From the IMG/VR virus record IMGVR_UViG_3300005826_000001, positions 1-64,000 of that record: DNA of 64,000 nucleotides; one strand, 5' to 3'. The position numbers and the translations under genes are program-made. Origin of the DNA: an uncultured virus (IMG/VR IMGVR_UViG_3300005826_000001). Taxonomy: Duplodnaviria; Heunggongvirae; Uroviricota; Caudoviricetes. The notes beneath the pieces are model-generated. The model worked only from the letters and a program-made list of their open reading frames with translations, did not search any database and was not told where the DNA came from. Every line of letters starts with the position of its first letter. Within the stretch, counting starts at the first letter, position 1. Shown piece after piece: positions 18,150 through 28,244 of this stretch.

Positions 18150-20104
18150 TGGACCTGTATGATGTTCAGCTGACTGACTTCGGGAGCTTCGCCGCCGCCA
18201 CGCTGCCTCTGCACCGCCAAGGGTTGATATTCTTGGGCGGGACCAATCTGGACACCGAGTCATCCCAGAGCAACGGCTCGGGCAAGTCCACCTTGCTCAA
18301 AGCTCTGGGATGGGGGCTGTGGGGCCAATCCATCGACGGGGAAGCGGGCGACCGGGTGATCCGTCGGGGGGCGACCCGAGCAACGGTGCGTGTGCGGATG
18401 TTCGAGCAGCCGGAGCAATACTGGACGGTGGAGCGGGCTCGGACCAAGGGTGCGCCCAAGCTCCAACTGATTCAGCCCGACGGCAAGCCCTTCTCGGGCT
18501 CCAGGGACGCGCTGCAGCACAAGATCAATGAGATGGTGGGGCTGGACTTCTTGGCCTTCAAGAACACGGTGATGTATGGCCAGAACGATTCGGCACGCTT
18601 CGCCGACCCTCGGACCAAGGATGTCGACCGCAAGGAAATGTTGCACAAGATCTTGCGCACGGACATCCTCAAGCAGTGTCACGAGCGTGTGCGCGAGAAG
18701 CGCACAGAGCTGAAGCGGAGTCTGGATGAGATTGAGAGGGCAGCGGAGGGCTACCAGTGGCGGATAGATGAGCACGATCTCAATGAATTGGAGTCACAGC
18801 GAGAAGAGTGGGAGAATGACCGAGAAAGGCAGGTTGACTCGCTGAAGGTCAAGGTCCAGGGGCTGAAGCAAAAGGCGCAGGAGCTGTTAGCGGGGCAGCC
18901 GGAGGACACAGAGGAAACCGACACGGACGCACTGGAGGCCAAGGCTGAAGAGCTCAGAGCCAAGATCACAGAATCCGACGGAGCTGAAGAGCAGATAGAC
19001 AAGCTGGACCTCGATCTGGACGAGCTGGAGCGTCGGCGGGACAAGGCGCATAGGATGGAGTCCCAGCATCGAGCGACGGTGGCGGCCAAGACTGAAGCAT
19101 TGGAAGCGCTCGATGGCGAGGTGTGTCCGGTCTGTAGTACGCCGTTGACCTCGGAGCACGTCCAAGAGCACCGCCGGGAGCTATCCGAAGCACTCCAAGA
19201 GGCATCTGTGAAGGCGGCGAAGTGCACAGAACAGATAGAAAACCACCACAACGCTATGGCATCCATCCAGAAGATGCGCAAGCGCTATCGCTCCGCCGCC
19301 GCCGAAGCATCTGAATGCCTTCGCCGACTGAACGCGATCAACCAGAGAATTTCCGCCGCTCGCTTGCGCCGGGAACGCCTGGAGCAAGAGCAGCAACGGC
19401 GCGTCGGCGAAGCGAAGCACGCCGTTGCGATGGCCAAGGAGCACGTTGAGCAGATCAAGCGGATCATGGCGTGTGAGAATCCCTTTGACGGGGCACTGGC
19501 CACCGCCAAGGCCAAGATTGAAGAATACCAGGCGGAGCTGATGAAGCTCCGCTCGCAAAGTGTCCTGGTGTCTCAAGACCTCGCCCACCATGAGTTTTGG
19601 GTGCGGGGCTTCTCGGGCCAAGGGTTGTCATCGTTCATCCTCGATGAAGTGATGCCTTACATAACAGATCGGGCCAACCACTATTTGGAGACGCTGGCCG
19701 ACGGCGACATCACAATGCGCTTCGCCACCCAGCGGGAGCTCAAGTCAGCCAAGGGCGAGTATCGGGATGAGATCGACATCCAGTGGGACGTTGAGGGGTT
19801 GGAGGATAACTATCCGCCAAGCGGTGGGCAGCTCAAAAAGATGGAGGTTGCAACCGACTTGGCCCTGATGGACCTCGTGGCGACCCGAGAAGGGGGCCAT
19901 GTAGATTTGTTGATGCTCGATGAAGTGCTGGACGGATTGGACGCAGAGGGATGCCAACGAGTATTGACGCTGCTTCAGTCCTTGCGCGCGGAGCGTGGCA
20001 CCATATTTGTGATCAGCCACGAAGCTGAGGTTGGGGAGGTGTTCGAGCACACCGCGTGGGTAACCAAGGAGGGTGGCGTCAGCAGACTGGAGGTGCGGAT
20101 GTGA
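18146..20104 (+). CDS. SbcC/Rad50-like ABC ATPase
   Basis: NGSGKST, coiled coil with CPVC zinc hook, SGGQ signature, LMLDE and VISH. Confidence 0.92.
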   Translation: MMDLYDVQLTDFGSFAAATLPLHRQGLIFLGGTNLDTESSQSNGSGKSTLLKALGWGLWGQSIDGEAGDRVIRRGATRATVRVRMFEQPEQYWTVERARTKGAPKLQLIQPDGKPFSGSRDALQHKINEMVGLDFLAFKNTVMYGQNDSARFADPRTKDVDRKEMLHKILRTDILKQCHERVREKRTELKRSLDEIERAAEGYQWRIDEHDLNELESQREEWENDRERQVDSLKVKVQGLKQKAQELLAGQPEDTEETDTDALEAKAEELRAKITESDGAEEQIDKLDLDLDELERRRDKAHRMESQHRATVAAKTEALEALDGEVCPVCSTPLTSEHVQEHRRELSEALQEASVKAAKCTEQIENHHNAMASIQKMRKRYRSAAAEASECLRRLNAINQRISAARLRRERLEQEQQRRVGEAKHAVAMAKEHVEQIKRIMACENPFDGALATAKAKIEEYQAELMKLRSQSVLVSQDLAHHEFWVRGFSGQGLSSFILDEVMPYITDRANHYLETLADGDITMRFATQRELKSAKGEYRDEIDIQWDVEGLEDNYPPSGGQLKKMEVATDLALMDLVATREGGHVDLLMLDEVLDGLDAEGCQRVLTLLQSLRAERGTIFVISHEAEVGEVFEHTAWVTKEGGVSRLEVRM

Positions 20105-20292
20105 GTCAGCCATGGGCATATTGTGAACACTGTGGGACGATTGAACCGCCCGAGAAACGGATCATCATCGGGACGCGCAGCCAGATTGAGACCGATGGGG
20201 AACGATTGGCTTTGGAGCTTCAAGAGACATCGCAACGGGTGGAATATTATTGTTCTGATTGCGGAGCGAAGGTGGATTATGATGACAGTTAG
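20101..20292 (+). CDS. Small zinc-ribbon protein
   Basis: CEHC...CSDC; GTGA overlap with the SbcC-like gene. Confidence 0.55.
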   Translation: MSQPWAYCEHCGTIEPPEKRIIIGTRSQIETDGERLALELQETSQRVEYYCSDCGAKVDYDDS

Positions 20293-20974
20293 ACAATTGG
20301 TTGCCAGCCCTGAACAGGGCTCGGACCATATGCGGATAAGCATCGAGCAGTTGGGCCCAGCGCTGGAACCACGGGAGTGGCAGGGGCTGACTGACGCGAT
20401 TCAGTCGGTGTACTCCGACGGCTCCGGCGGAGCCGGAGGGGTTGGCCGCTCCACCAACGGGCGGATTCACACGTTCAATTGGAACAAGGGGTTGGAAGTG
20501 TGGCGCCGTTGTTGGGCTGCGTTGGGATTGGCTTTGGAGCAGGGCGGTTTGGAACTGCAAATGAGCGACACAGCAGTCACCGGGACTCTGATGGGCAGGG
20601 CAGTTCACGAGCCCTCCACGCCGCCCAAGACACCGGAAGCTCCGCCGCCGCCGGAGGTGTTGCCGCCGTCGGCAACAGACGCAGCAGTCCATATGGCGGT
20701 GTTGCCGGTGGTGGAGCAGAGCTTGAGACAGGCCATCCAGGATAGCGCTGGCGCGGCCATCAGGGTGACAGAATTGGAATCGGAGCTGGACGCCGCTCGC
20801 ACCGAGCGGGACAACGCTGACATCCGTCTTGGGCACATTCTGAATTATCTGGAACGATACAAGCCCGATGTGTCGTGGCGAAAAAAGGCGACCAAGGAGA
20901 TCATGGAGGCCAAAGCCAGCGCCGGTGACGATGACGATGAAGACAAATGGGACAGCGCGGCGTGGGACCGATGA
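20279..20974 (+). CDS. Hypothetical protein with coiled coil
   Basis: ORF overlapping both neighbours in the operon. Confidence 0.55.
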   Translation: MMTVRQLVASPEQGSDHMRISIEQLGPALEPREWQGLTDAIQSVYSDGSGGAGGVGRSTNGRIHTFNWNKGLEVWRRCWAALGLALEQGGLELQMSDTAVTGTLMGRAVHEPSTPPKTPEAPPPPEVLPPSATDAAVHMAVLPVVEQSLRQAIQDSAGAAIRVTELESELDAARTERDNADIRLGHILNYLERYKPDVSWRKKATKEIMEAKASAGDDDDEDKWDSAAWDR

Positions 20975-21750
20975 GAGATCAAACCAAAGTGCTCGGGATG
21001 GACATCGCACTGAATCACGGAGCGGCGGTTGAGCTCACCGATGGCGAGCTGAGCAACTTCTGGTATTGGACCGACATCGCCGGAGCGGCGGCAAGGTCCA
21101 AACGAGGGGAGCGGTTGCCCATCCAGCAGATGGATCGGAGCAAGGACAAGCACGTGCGGGGAATGATCCGACTGGCTTGGATCGAGCACTACTTGGACAA
21201 GAGGGTGTTGATGCGCACCGATGCCGCCTATGTGGGGATTGAGGACTATGCTCTGCGGGCGGAGCAAGGGGCGCATCAGATGGGCGAAGCGGGCGGCATC
21301 GCTCGGATCTTGTGTTGGTTCCGGGGATTCAAGATCAGACTTCCTGATCCGACCACGGTCAAGATGTTCGGCGCTCACGACGGGACCTGCCACAAGGATG
21401 CCATCGAGCGAGCGGTGCAGGAGCGATGGGGCGCGGACTTCTCGCCGCTCAATCCGCCGCCGGCCAAGTCCGGCAAGGTCAACACCCAAACCAGTGAAGA
21501 CCTCGCAGACGCTTATGTGGTCGCGCAATTGGTCTGGACTGAGGTGCAGCTCCGGGCAGGGAAGCTCCGGATGGATGACTTGCACCCCAAAGAGATACAG
21601 GTGTTCAACCGCACAACCAAGACCTATCCAATCAATCTGCTCAGCCGGGAGTGGATTGAGAATCCGGACGGGGTGCCGACGCCGCATGACGAGCCCGTCT
21701 GCGACGTGTGCGGTTCAAGGAAATGTTGTTTGGCGAAAGGCAAGAAATGA
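20971..21750 (+). CDS. RuvC-like Holliday junction resolvase
   Basis: VLGMD, VGIEDY, E..G, P.TVK...G...K and D.ADA acidic motifs. Confidence 0.75.
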   Translation: MRDQTKVLGMDIALNHGAAVELTDGELSNFWYWTDIAGAAARSKRGERLPIQQMDRSKDKHVRGMIRLAWIEHYLDKRVLMRTDAAYVGIEDYALRAEQGAHQMGEAGGIARILCWFRGFKIRLPDPTTVKMFGAHDGTCHKDAIERAVQERWGADFSPLNPPPAKSGKVNTQTSEDLADAYVVAQLVWTEVQLRAGKLRMDDLHPKEIQVFNRTTKTYPINLLSREWIENPDGVPTPHDEPVCDVCGSRKCCLAKGKK

Positions 21751-22076
21751 TGGAGTTCAACGAGTATCAAGAGCTGGCATCCAGGACCCGCAATCCGGAG
21801 CTGAACAAGCGGGAGCTACTGGCCAACACCTCGATGGGGTTGGCCGGTGAGGTGGGTGAGCTTCTGGACCACCTCAAAAAGCACTTGTACCACGGTCATC
21901 CATTTGATCCAGACTATGTATCCAAGGAGCTTGGCGACATCATGTGGTACACAGCAGAGTTGGCCAGCCAAAGCAACTTGCACTTTGCTGATATCGTCGC
22001 AGAGAATATCGACAAGCTCCGCCGCCGATATCCGGCGGGATTCACCACGGAGAACAGCATCCACAGGAGCGTGTGA
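21747..22076 (+). CDS. MazG-like nucleotide pyrophosphohydrolase
   Basis: FNEYQ, GLAGEVGE, KELGDIMWY and NIDKLRRRYP.GF. Confidence 0.9.
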   Translation: MMEFNEYQELASRTRNPELNKRELLANTSMGLAGEVGELLDHLKKHLYHGHPFDPDYVSKELGDIMWYTAELASQSNLHFADIVAENIDKLRRRYPAGFTTENSIHRSV

Positions 22077-22077
22077 G

Positions 22078-22356
22078 ATGGCAAAGCCCGATATGTCCAA
22101 GATGCGCGGCGCAAAGAAGGGGCACAAGCCGCCGCCACGGAAGTGGTATCCAGAGGACATGGTTGGTTGGGATGAAGACAAGGCTGATCCGGAAACAGTC
22201 ACGTTGGCATACGAGAGCATCGAGCACATGACCGACAAGGCGACGCTCCTGATCATCGAGGGCGATAAGGTTTGGGTGCCCAAGAGCCAGACGTTGGAAG
22301 CGACGGACAAGGAAGTCACTGTCACGCTCTGGTGGGTTGAAAAGCAAGGACTGTAG
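22078..22356 (+). CDS. Hypothetical protein
   Basis: RBS GGAG; T.KA.L...WVPKSQ motif common in small phage proteins. Confidence 0.55.
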   Translation: MAKPDMSKMRGAKKGHKPPPRKWYPEDMVGWDEDKADPETVTLAYESIEHMTDKATLLIIEGDKVWVPKSQTLEATDKEVTVTLWWVEKQGL

Positions 22357-22365
22357 GAGGTTGAT

Positions 22366-22587
22366 ATGAAGTACACAGCATTGGCATTGTTGGTTCTCGT
22401 GGGATGTGGAGCGATGGATGATGCTCCGGAGTCTGAAGAAGTGATGGAGAATATGGAGTGCGAATGGTCGGAGGATGTTCAGGAGTGCTTCTGCTACAGC
22501 AAGGTGGATGAAGATGGTTTTCTGACTTGGGCGCCGCCCAACGCCTGCTTCCCGCAGACCATTGCGGATGATGGGGAGGGTAAATGA
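22366..22587 (+). CDS. Small lipoprotein
   Basis: AGGAGG RBS; signal peptide ending in lipobox LVGC. Confidence 0.6.
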   Translation: MKYTALALLVLVGCGAMDDAPESEEVMENMECEWSEDVQECFCYSKVDEDGFLTWAPPNACFPQTIADDGEGK

Positions 22588-22796
22588 CAGAGGATGATCA
22601 ACCATCTCGGGATACGTTGATCAGGGCGGCACGGCTCCGGATCGCCGCCGATGTGATCTTTGAGGTGTATCGGTCGATGATAGAGCAGGGCTGCGAGGAC
22701 AAAGACCTGTTGCGAGCCCTCCGGTTGTCGACGTGCCAGGCTCGGGTAGCGGCCAGGTGCTTGGAGACGGGCGAGCCGATTGGAGAGGTCGGATGA
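22584..22796 (+). CDS. Hypothetical protein
   Basis: ATGA overlaps on both sides. Confidence 0.5.
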   Translation: MTEDDQPSRDTLIRAARLRIAADVIFEVYRSMIEQGCEDKDLLRALRLSTCQARVAARCLETGEPIGEVG

Positions 22797-23707
22797 ATGC
22801 GGCGGTGCTGATCTTTGACGGGCGCCACCTGCTGTGGCGGACGGCAGATGCCTTCAAGGACTTGAGCGCCGAAGTCAATGGGCGGGATATGGGCACAGGG
22901 GCCATGTATGGCTTCTTGTCCTGCGCCATGAAGATACACAACCGCTATGGTGGGATGTGTATGGTGGCGTGGGAAGGTCAAGGCAACTTCCGGCGCAAGC
23001 TCTGGCCCGCGTACAAGCAGAGGGCGGAGCCCGACGCCGAGATGAAGGCGCTGGCTGATGAAATGAGGGCACAGGAGCTGCGACTCAAGGCGATGCTCCG
23101 CGCTATCGGCGTCCGTCAATACTGCGGGGTGGGCTATGAGGCCGATGATGTCATCGGGACGGTGGCCCGCAACGCGACGCTGAAGGGGATGCCGGTGGTC
23201 ATCTACAGCGGCGACTCCGATTTGCGCCAGCTGGTCAACGACAACGTCACAGTGGTCTCGCCGGGCTATCGTAGCAACTCCGACAAGACCTACAACGCGC
23301 TGGAGGTGGAGGAAAAGCACGGCGTGCCGCCGGACAAGATTGCAGACCTCAAGGCATTGGCTGGCGACAACTCCGACGGCATCCCGGGCATCCGAGGCAT
23401 AGGACCAAAGACGGCAGCACAGGCCATACAAGGGCTTGGGGGCATCGAGAAAATCATCAGAGCGGCACAAAGCGGCAGTCCTATGCCTATCCCTGAGAGG
23501 TTCCGGGCTCCTATCAGCGAAGGGGCGGAGATGATCCGGTTGTTCAAGCGGTTGACCACCATCGAGACACGAGCCCAGATGCGTCTGATCGACCCAAAGC
23601 CCGATCAGGCGACGCTGCTGAAACACCTCCGTGTCTATCGCTTCCGCTCGTTGATGGCGCCAGCGGAGCTTCACGGATTGATGAAGATGGGGGAGATGGG
23701 ACTGTGA
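22793..23707 (+). CDS. 5'-3' exonuclease / flap endonuclease (Pol I N-terminal, T4 RNase H-like)
   Basis: IFDG, R....P.YK..R, EADDVI, SGDSDL.QL, GDNSD.IPGI.GIGPKTA. Confidence 0.92.
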   Translation: MNAAVLIFDGRHLLWRTADAFKDLSAEVNGRDMGTGAMYGFLSCAMKIHNRYGGMCMVAWEGQGNFRRKLWPAYKQRAEPDAEMKALADEMRAQELRLKAMLRAIGVRQYCGVGYEADDVIGTVARNATLKGMPVVIYSGDSDLRQLVNDNVTVVSPGYRSNSDKTYNALEVEEKHGVPPDKIADLKALAGDNSDGIPGIRGIGPKTAAQAIQGLGGIEKIIRAAQSGSPMPIPERFRAPISEGAEMIRLFKRLTTIETRAQMRLIDPKPDQATLLKHLRVYRFRSLMAPAELHGLMKMGEMGL

Positions 23708-24306
23708 GCAAGGCGCGGGGAACCATAAAGGACGTGGGTCGGATCAATCGCAACTGGCAGAATTGCCAACTGTGCAAGCTCCACGAGGGGCGGATAAACG
23801 TGGTCCACTGCCGGGGCAATCCGTCGGCGAAGCTCCTGGTTGTCGGCGAAGCTCCGGGAGCGCACGAGGATGAGCTAGGGCAGCCGTTTGTAGGGCCTGC
23901 GGGCCAGGAGTTGGACCGCTGCTTCAAGAGCGCAGGAGTTGAAGAGCACCAAGCATTCATCGTCAATCTCGTGGCGTGTCGACCACCGATGAATCGGGAC
24001 CCTTCGCCGCTGGAAATCAAGGCGTGTCATCCAAGGTTCTTGGCCTATGTGAACATGCTGAAGCCCAAGGCGATGCTGTTGCTAGGCAAGGTGGCTTCAC
24101 GGCGTTTGGCCGGAGTCACCAACATCACCCAGTGGTCCGGGCGCAAGGTGGATGTGGAAATGATCACGATGACCGGGGACATCGGCGTTTGGCCAGCCAT
24201 CTGCACTTTCCACCCATCGTTCTTGTTGCGTACATGTGATCCGCTGGCACGCAAGTGTGTGATCAAGGATATTGCGAAGGCAAGGATGTTGGCATATGGG
24301 CTGTGA
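23704..24306 (+). CDS. Uracil-DNA glycosylase family 4
   Basis: CxxC Fe-S motif, VGEAPG, PFVGPAG, N.V.CRPP.NR.P and FHPS. Confidence 0.9.
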   Translation: MSKARGTIKDVGRINRNWQNCQLCKLHEGRINVVHCRGNPSAKLLVVGEAPGAHEDELGQPFVGPAGQELDRCFKSAGVEEHQAFIVNLVACRPPMNRDPSPLEIKACHPRFLAYVNMLKPKAMLLLGKVASRRLAGVTNITQWSGRKVDVEMITMTGDIGVWPAICTFHPSFLLRTCDPLARKCVIKDIAKARMLAYGL

Positions 24307-24634
24307 ACGGATCAAGGTGAAGGCGCGGGAGCTGAAGGCCAAAGTCCGAGCCCGCAACCAAGCGAAGCGGGCATCACTTCCAACCGCCAACGCGCGGATA
24401 ATCCGGGACTTGATGGTGTCCAAAGGGATAAAAGGCAACTACAAGGATTTCACCATATTGGCCGGAGGGTGTTTGGTCGATTGGATGGGCTCCTATCCTT
24501 TGGAACAGGACCCTGTCAAGGGAGTCCAACTGGTGCACAAGCGGCGGCTTGAGGAGGTGGTTGGGCCCGAGGTGGCGGAGCGCTTCTGGTCCAAAGCCAC
24601 CGGTCAACGCCGGGTGGTGAACAGGAAATCATGA
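24296..24634 (+). CDS. Hypothetical protein
   Basis: ORF overlapping both neighbours. Confidence 0.5.
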   Translation: MGCERIKVKARELKAKVRARNQAKRASLPTANARIIRDLMVSKGIKGNYKDFTILAGGCLVDWMGSYPLEQDPVKGVQLVHKRRLEEVVGPEVAERFWSKATGQRRVVNRKS

Positions 24635-24867
24635 GCCTGAAGCAGACTTACGGGTGGCGAAACAGCCCCGATTTGGACTACATGACACGCCAAGAGCGTT
24701 TGGCCTTTACCAATCTGGTGAAGGCTGAAGCGATTGGATTCTACAGGATCGGACACTGCGAGAAATGCAGCGCAGATGTTCCAAAAAGCAAACGATTTTG
24801 CAGCGCTGCGTGCGCCGGAGTGGAGACAGATGGCGAGCAAGAAGACATCGATGGCGTGGTGGATTGA
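24631..24867 (+). CDS. Small Cys-rich protein
   Basis: CEKC...FCSAAC; ATGA overlap. Confidence 0.5.
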   Translation: MSLKQTYGWRNSPDLDYMTRQERLAFTNLVKAEAIGFYRIGHCEKCSADVPKSKRFCSAACAGVETDGEQEDIDGVVD

Positions 24868-25069
24868 ACACCTATTGGGCGCGGTGAATTCATTTGTGCA
24901 GCTGGAGACTTCCGACGGCATCCGCCGAGAAGGGCGCTTGTCGGGCTTCCAGCTCCGGACTATGCAGTTCAACGGATTTGACGTTGACGTCATCTCGGAG
25001 CTTGAACTCAATGGCGACCCGATGGATCGGATCCCGTTTGACCGCATAGCAAAAATTCACATTCAGTGA
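24830..25069 (+). CDS. Hypothetical protein
   Basis: GGAG RBS; short beta-rich ORF. Confidence 0.5.
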   Translation: MASKKTSMAWWIEHLLGAVNSFVQLETSDGIRREGRLSGFQLRTMQFNGFDVDVISELELNGDPMDRIPFDRIAKIHIQ

Positions 25070-25086
25070 TTGGCAGCAATTCCCAC

Positions 25087-25115
25087 TCGACTTTTTCAGC
25101 GCCTGGTTCTATGAT
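25087..25115 (+). promoter_or_regulatory. sigma70-like early promoter, copy 1
   Basis: TCGACT-17 nt-TATGAT. Confidence 0.7.
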
Positions 25116-25145
25116 AGAAGGGACACATCAAACTTGGAGTCAGCC

Positions 25146-25721
25146 ATGAGCAACTACAAAGGGCGACCGAAGCAACCGAGGTGTGATTGTTGCGGCAAGG
25201 CGCTGTACAAGCGAATGGACGCGGGACCCGTCAAGCCATCGGACCCTTATGCCTACTGTCGCAATGTGGCGTGCGATCGGCACGGTGACATCAGGACGCC
25301 GCCCGTGGCAACCGGTCCACAGGCGGCGGAGCCCGATGGCAGAAAGAAGTCTCCACGAAGTGCAACCAAGAAGAAGTCCCGCAAGGCTACCGCGAAACCA
25401 CCGGTGAAGGAAACCGTCGCAGCCGAAGCTCCGCCGCCGGCAGAAGCGCCGGTGCAAACGCCGGTGCAAGCGCCCAAGCCGCTATGCGCGAAGTGCGGTT
25501 GCGCGGTGTGCGAGTGCTTGCCGGTGGAGCCCGAGGTGGTTCAGGAGGCACGGCAGCGTATCCGCAAGGCCATCGCCGGGGCTGGCCGCTACAGCACCAA
25601 CGTTATCGGGCTCGCACTCAGCATCGTTGCCCAGGAAATGGGTTCCCACGAGGTTGCCAACGAGCTGATCAATGAATTTCAGCTGACCAAACGGTTTGGA
25701 ATCGTGCCGGTTTCCAATTAG
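25146..25721 (+). CDS. Hypothetical protein with Cys clusters
   Basis: GGAGTCAGCCATG start; CDCC, C..C and CAKC..C.C. Confidence 0.65.
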   Translation: MSNYKGRPKQPRCDCCGKALYKRMDAGPVKPSDPYAYCRNVACDRHGDIRTPPVATGPQAAEPDGRKKSPRSATKKKSRKATAKPPVKETVAAEAPPPAEAPVQTPVQAPKPLCAKCGCAVCECLPVEPEVVQEARQRIRKAIAGAGRYSTNVIGLALSIVAQEMGSHEVANELINEFQLTKRFGIVPVSN

Positions 25722-25725
25722 GCGT

Positions 25726-25796
25726 CAAAAAAGTTGCCGCTTTGGGTCGATTTTGTGTTCTGCCCACTCGACTTTTACAGTGGATGGGGTTATGAT
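25726..25796 (+). promoter_or_regulatory. Early promoter copy 2 with upstream 30-bp element
   Basis: CAAAAAAGTTG-N-GGTCGATTTTG, then TCGACT(25768)-17-TATGAT(25791). Confidence 0.75.
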
Positions 25797-25832
25797 ATAA
25801 GTATGATCAACGAGCGCAACACGGAGACGACG

Positions 25833-26063
25833 ATGACACAGCCGCAAGCCAAGCTTCTCGCTTCCCTCCCTGATTTCTTCTACATTTTCGAGGATTTCGC
25901 CGCTTCCGATATGCCTCCGACGGAGATCAAAGATCTCGACGGTCGGACCCTCCGGAGCTTCGGGCGCGGCGAAGCCCGCGCGTTTTCCTCGCTTTGTCAA
26001 AAGGGCCTTATCGAGCGTCTAGGCGACAAAGAGTCCAACGGCGTTCCCTATGGCAAGCGCTAA
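25833..26063 (+). CDS. Hypothetical early protein
   Basis: First ATG after the promoter, with GGAG RBS. Confidence 0.5.
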   Translation: MTQPQAKLLASLPDFFYIFEDFAASDMPPTEIKDLDGRTLRSFGRGEARAFSSLCQKGLIERLGDKESNGVPYGKR

Positions 26064-26099
26064 ACGTCCAAGATTTCCAAGGGCAAACGGGAGTCGGTC

Positions 26100-26291
26100 A
26101 TGAACGAGAAGTACACCGTTGAAGAGTTGAAGGTTTTGGCGGATATGGTCATGGACACACTTTGCGACCCGTCGCTTGACGCCGATGTCGACGTGTTGAT
26201 GAAAGCGGCAGCGAGCGGGACGGGGTGGACGGAGCGGCAATTCAGCTCGTTTTGCCGACGCTACTGGAACGGTCCAGATCACGTTCAATAG
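26100..26291 (+). CDS. Hypothetical early protein
   Basis: GGGAGTCGGTCATG start. Confidence 0.55.
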   Translation: MNEKYTVEELKVLADMVMDTLCDPSLDADVDVLMKAAASGTGWTERQFSSFCRRYWNGPDHVQ

Positions 26292-26318
26292 GACATCGGA
26301 CGCAAGCGGGAGTCAGCC

Positions 26319-27035
26319 ATGTACAAGATCGGGGACATCGTCAGCATCCTTCCCGCCAAAGGGCCACGCCTGGACGTCATCATCATCGACATCGAGCCAA
26401 TCCGGCGGGGACGCTTCCGAGGGCGCAACAAGTACAGTCTCGCACCGCTCACCAAGCCCGCCAAGGAGGATGCCTATGGCTTCAAAGTCACAGGCGCCAA
26501 TCTCTTTGGGAAGCCATCTCGGGAATACACCGCCGCCGAGATCTCCGCCGCCACCGGCAAGTATGAGGACAATCGGGACAACGCTCAAGAGCACAAGCGG
26601 GAGCGACGGAACGCACGCCGCAACAAGCTAGACACCCTCGCCATCGAGCCGGGCGATGAGGTTCTGGTGCGCTACAAAGGCTCATCGCCGCTGTGGGAAA
26701 CCGTCGTCAAGGTCAACCAAGCGTCTGGCAACGTCGCCATCCAGCGGGGCTACAGCTCCAAGCCGCGTTGGATCAACATCATGGCCATCATCAGCTCCCG
26801 CAAGCCGCAGGCGAAGCTCCCCTTCAAGCTCACCGACGCCCATCTGGAAGCGTTGGCCGAGAAGGGCTGGATTCAGGTCAGCTTCGGCTCCGAGTTCATC
26901 GAGCGCAGCTATGTTGTGGCCTTTGAAACGTACAAGGCGCAGACGATGGGCGAGACATACGACGCACCCAACCGAGTGGTCTACCAGGACGCCGACCTCA
27001 AGGTGTTTTGGCGCAACACGGGTTCATTTGACTGA
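26319..27035 (+). CDS. Hypothetical early protein (two SH3/KOW-like GD.V segments)
   Basis: GGGAGTCAGCCATG start; KIGDIV and EPGDEV. Confidence 0.65.
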   Translation: MYKIGDIVSILPAKGPRLDVIIIDIEPIRRGRFRGRNKYSLAPLTKPAKEDAYGFKVTGANLFGKPSREYTAAEISAATGKYEDNRDNAQEHKRERRNARRNKLDTLAIEPGDEVLVRYKGSSPLWETVVKVNQASGNVAIQRGYSSKPRWINIMAIISSRKPQAKLPFKLTDAHLEALAEKGWIQVSFGSEFIERSYVVAFETYKAQTMGETYDAPNRVVYQDADLKVFWRNTGSFD

Positions 27036-27048
27036 GAGGGGAACGACG

Positions 27049-27255
27049 ATGCGAGAAGCAAGACTTCATCTGCTCAGCTGCTTCACGACGGGGCTGCCTG
27101 TGGCGACACTGGAAGTGCGCTCCGGCCCATTTGAAGATTGGGTGACAGAGTGCGCTGGCCCCCGAAGGTGGGTGCTCGATCAGGTGGCGGCGATGGGGCT
27201 CACCGTCGTGGAAACGATTGACGTTGAGCAGGACACAGAAGACTATGACGGGTGA
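27049..27255 (+). CDS. Hypothetical protein
   Basis: GAGGGG RBS. Confidence 0.45.
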   Translation: MREARLHLLSCFTTGLPVATLEVRSGPFEDWVTECAGPRRWVLDQVAAMGLTVVETIDVEQDTEDYDG

Positions 27256-27265
27256 GGAGGGCTCG

Positions 27266-28132
27266 ATGGCAACCAAACACAAGCCAACGATGATGCTCGC
27301 AGAGGCGTGGTCCGAGAAGCACGCTAAATGGCCCCTATGGGCAGAGCCGAAGCTGGATGGGTATCGGTTCCAGCTCGTGTTCAACGGTGTGTCTAGCGGC
27401 ATCGTCGTACAGCGGAGCGGTGTGGACTACACCGACCGTCTGGGCTTCATCGCTGATCAGCTGGTCGATGAGGCCAATCGTCTGTATCCGGACGGGGTGG
27501 TGATCGACGGTGAAGCATTCAGCGAGTCCTGGAACGCCACCACCTCGCTCGTCAAGACTGAAGATCCCGAGATGGACCGCAGCGCGCTGATGTTCTATGC
27601 GTTTGACTTGGTGCTTCCCGGCGGGGATGAGACGCCGCTGCGGGAGCGCAAGGACAGGCTCCAGGAGTTGATCGAGCACTCGTGCGCCGCCAACGTGTCG
27701 CTTACACCCCACATCGAGGTGTCCGACGATGCGCAGGTGGAGCGGGTGTTTGAGGTGTTCTTGGCCCACAATTTCGAGGGGGCTATGCTCAAGGACCCCG
27801 ATGGCGTATACGTTGGCCGCCGCTCCCGAGCGTGGATGAAACGCAAGCCCTGGACAAGCTCCGACGGGCGCATCAAGGGCTATCAGGAGGGCACGCGGCG
27901 TCTCCAGGGTACGCTCGGAGCGTTGATCCTGGAGATGGCTGACGGCTCAGAGGTGGAAGTTGGAACGGGCTTCACAGACGAACAACGGCACGAGATCTGG
28001 GCAGACCAAGCGGGGCACCTCGGACGCTGGGTTGAGTTCAAGCATCAAAAAGACCCCACAGCAGTCGCCACATACAGGTTTCCGGTCTATCTTCGCCACC
28101 GTAGCGACATGGATGAAGCGGCGCAAGCGTGA
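27266..28132 (+). CDS. ATP-dependent DNA ligase (minimal)
   Basis: EPKLDGYR, IDGE, AFD, EGAMLK, W.KRK, VGTGF and RFP.Y...R. Confidence 0.93.
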   Translation: MATKHKPTMMLAEAWSEKHAKWPLWAEPKLDGYRFQLVFNGVSSGIVVQRSGVDYTDRLGFIADQLVDEANRLYPDGVVIDGEAFSESWNATTSLVKTEDPEMDRSALMFYAFDLVLPGGDETPLRERKDRLQELIEHSCAANVSLTPHIEVSDDAQVERVFEVFLAHNFEGAMLKDPDGVYVGRRSRAWMKRKPWTSSDGRIKGYQEGTRRLQGTLGALILEMADGSEVEVGTGFTDEQRHEIWADQAGHLGRWVEFKHQKDPTAVATYRFPVYLRHRSDMDEAAQA

Positions 28133-28136
28133 GCCG

Positions 28137-28208
28137 CCAAAAAAGTTGCCTCCCAAGGCTGATTCTGGCAAACTTCCACTCGACTTTTCCGGTGGATGGA
28201 ATTATGAT
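28137..28208 (+). promoter_or_regulatory. Early promoter copy 3 with upstream element
   Basis: CCAAAAAAGTTG..., then TCGACT(28180)-17-TATGAT(28203). Confidence 0.75.
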
Positions 28209-28244
28209 ATAGGCAGACGGACAAGAAACCAACGGGAGTCAGCC

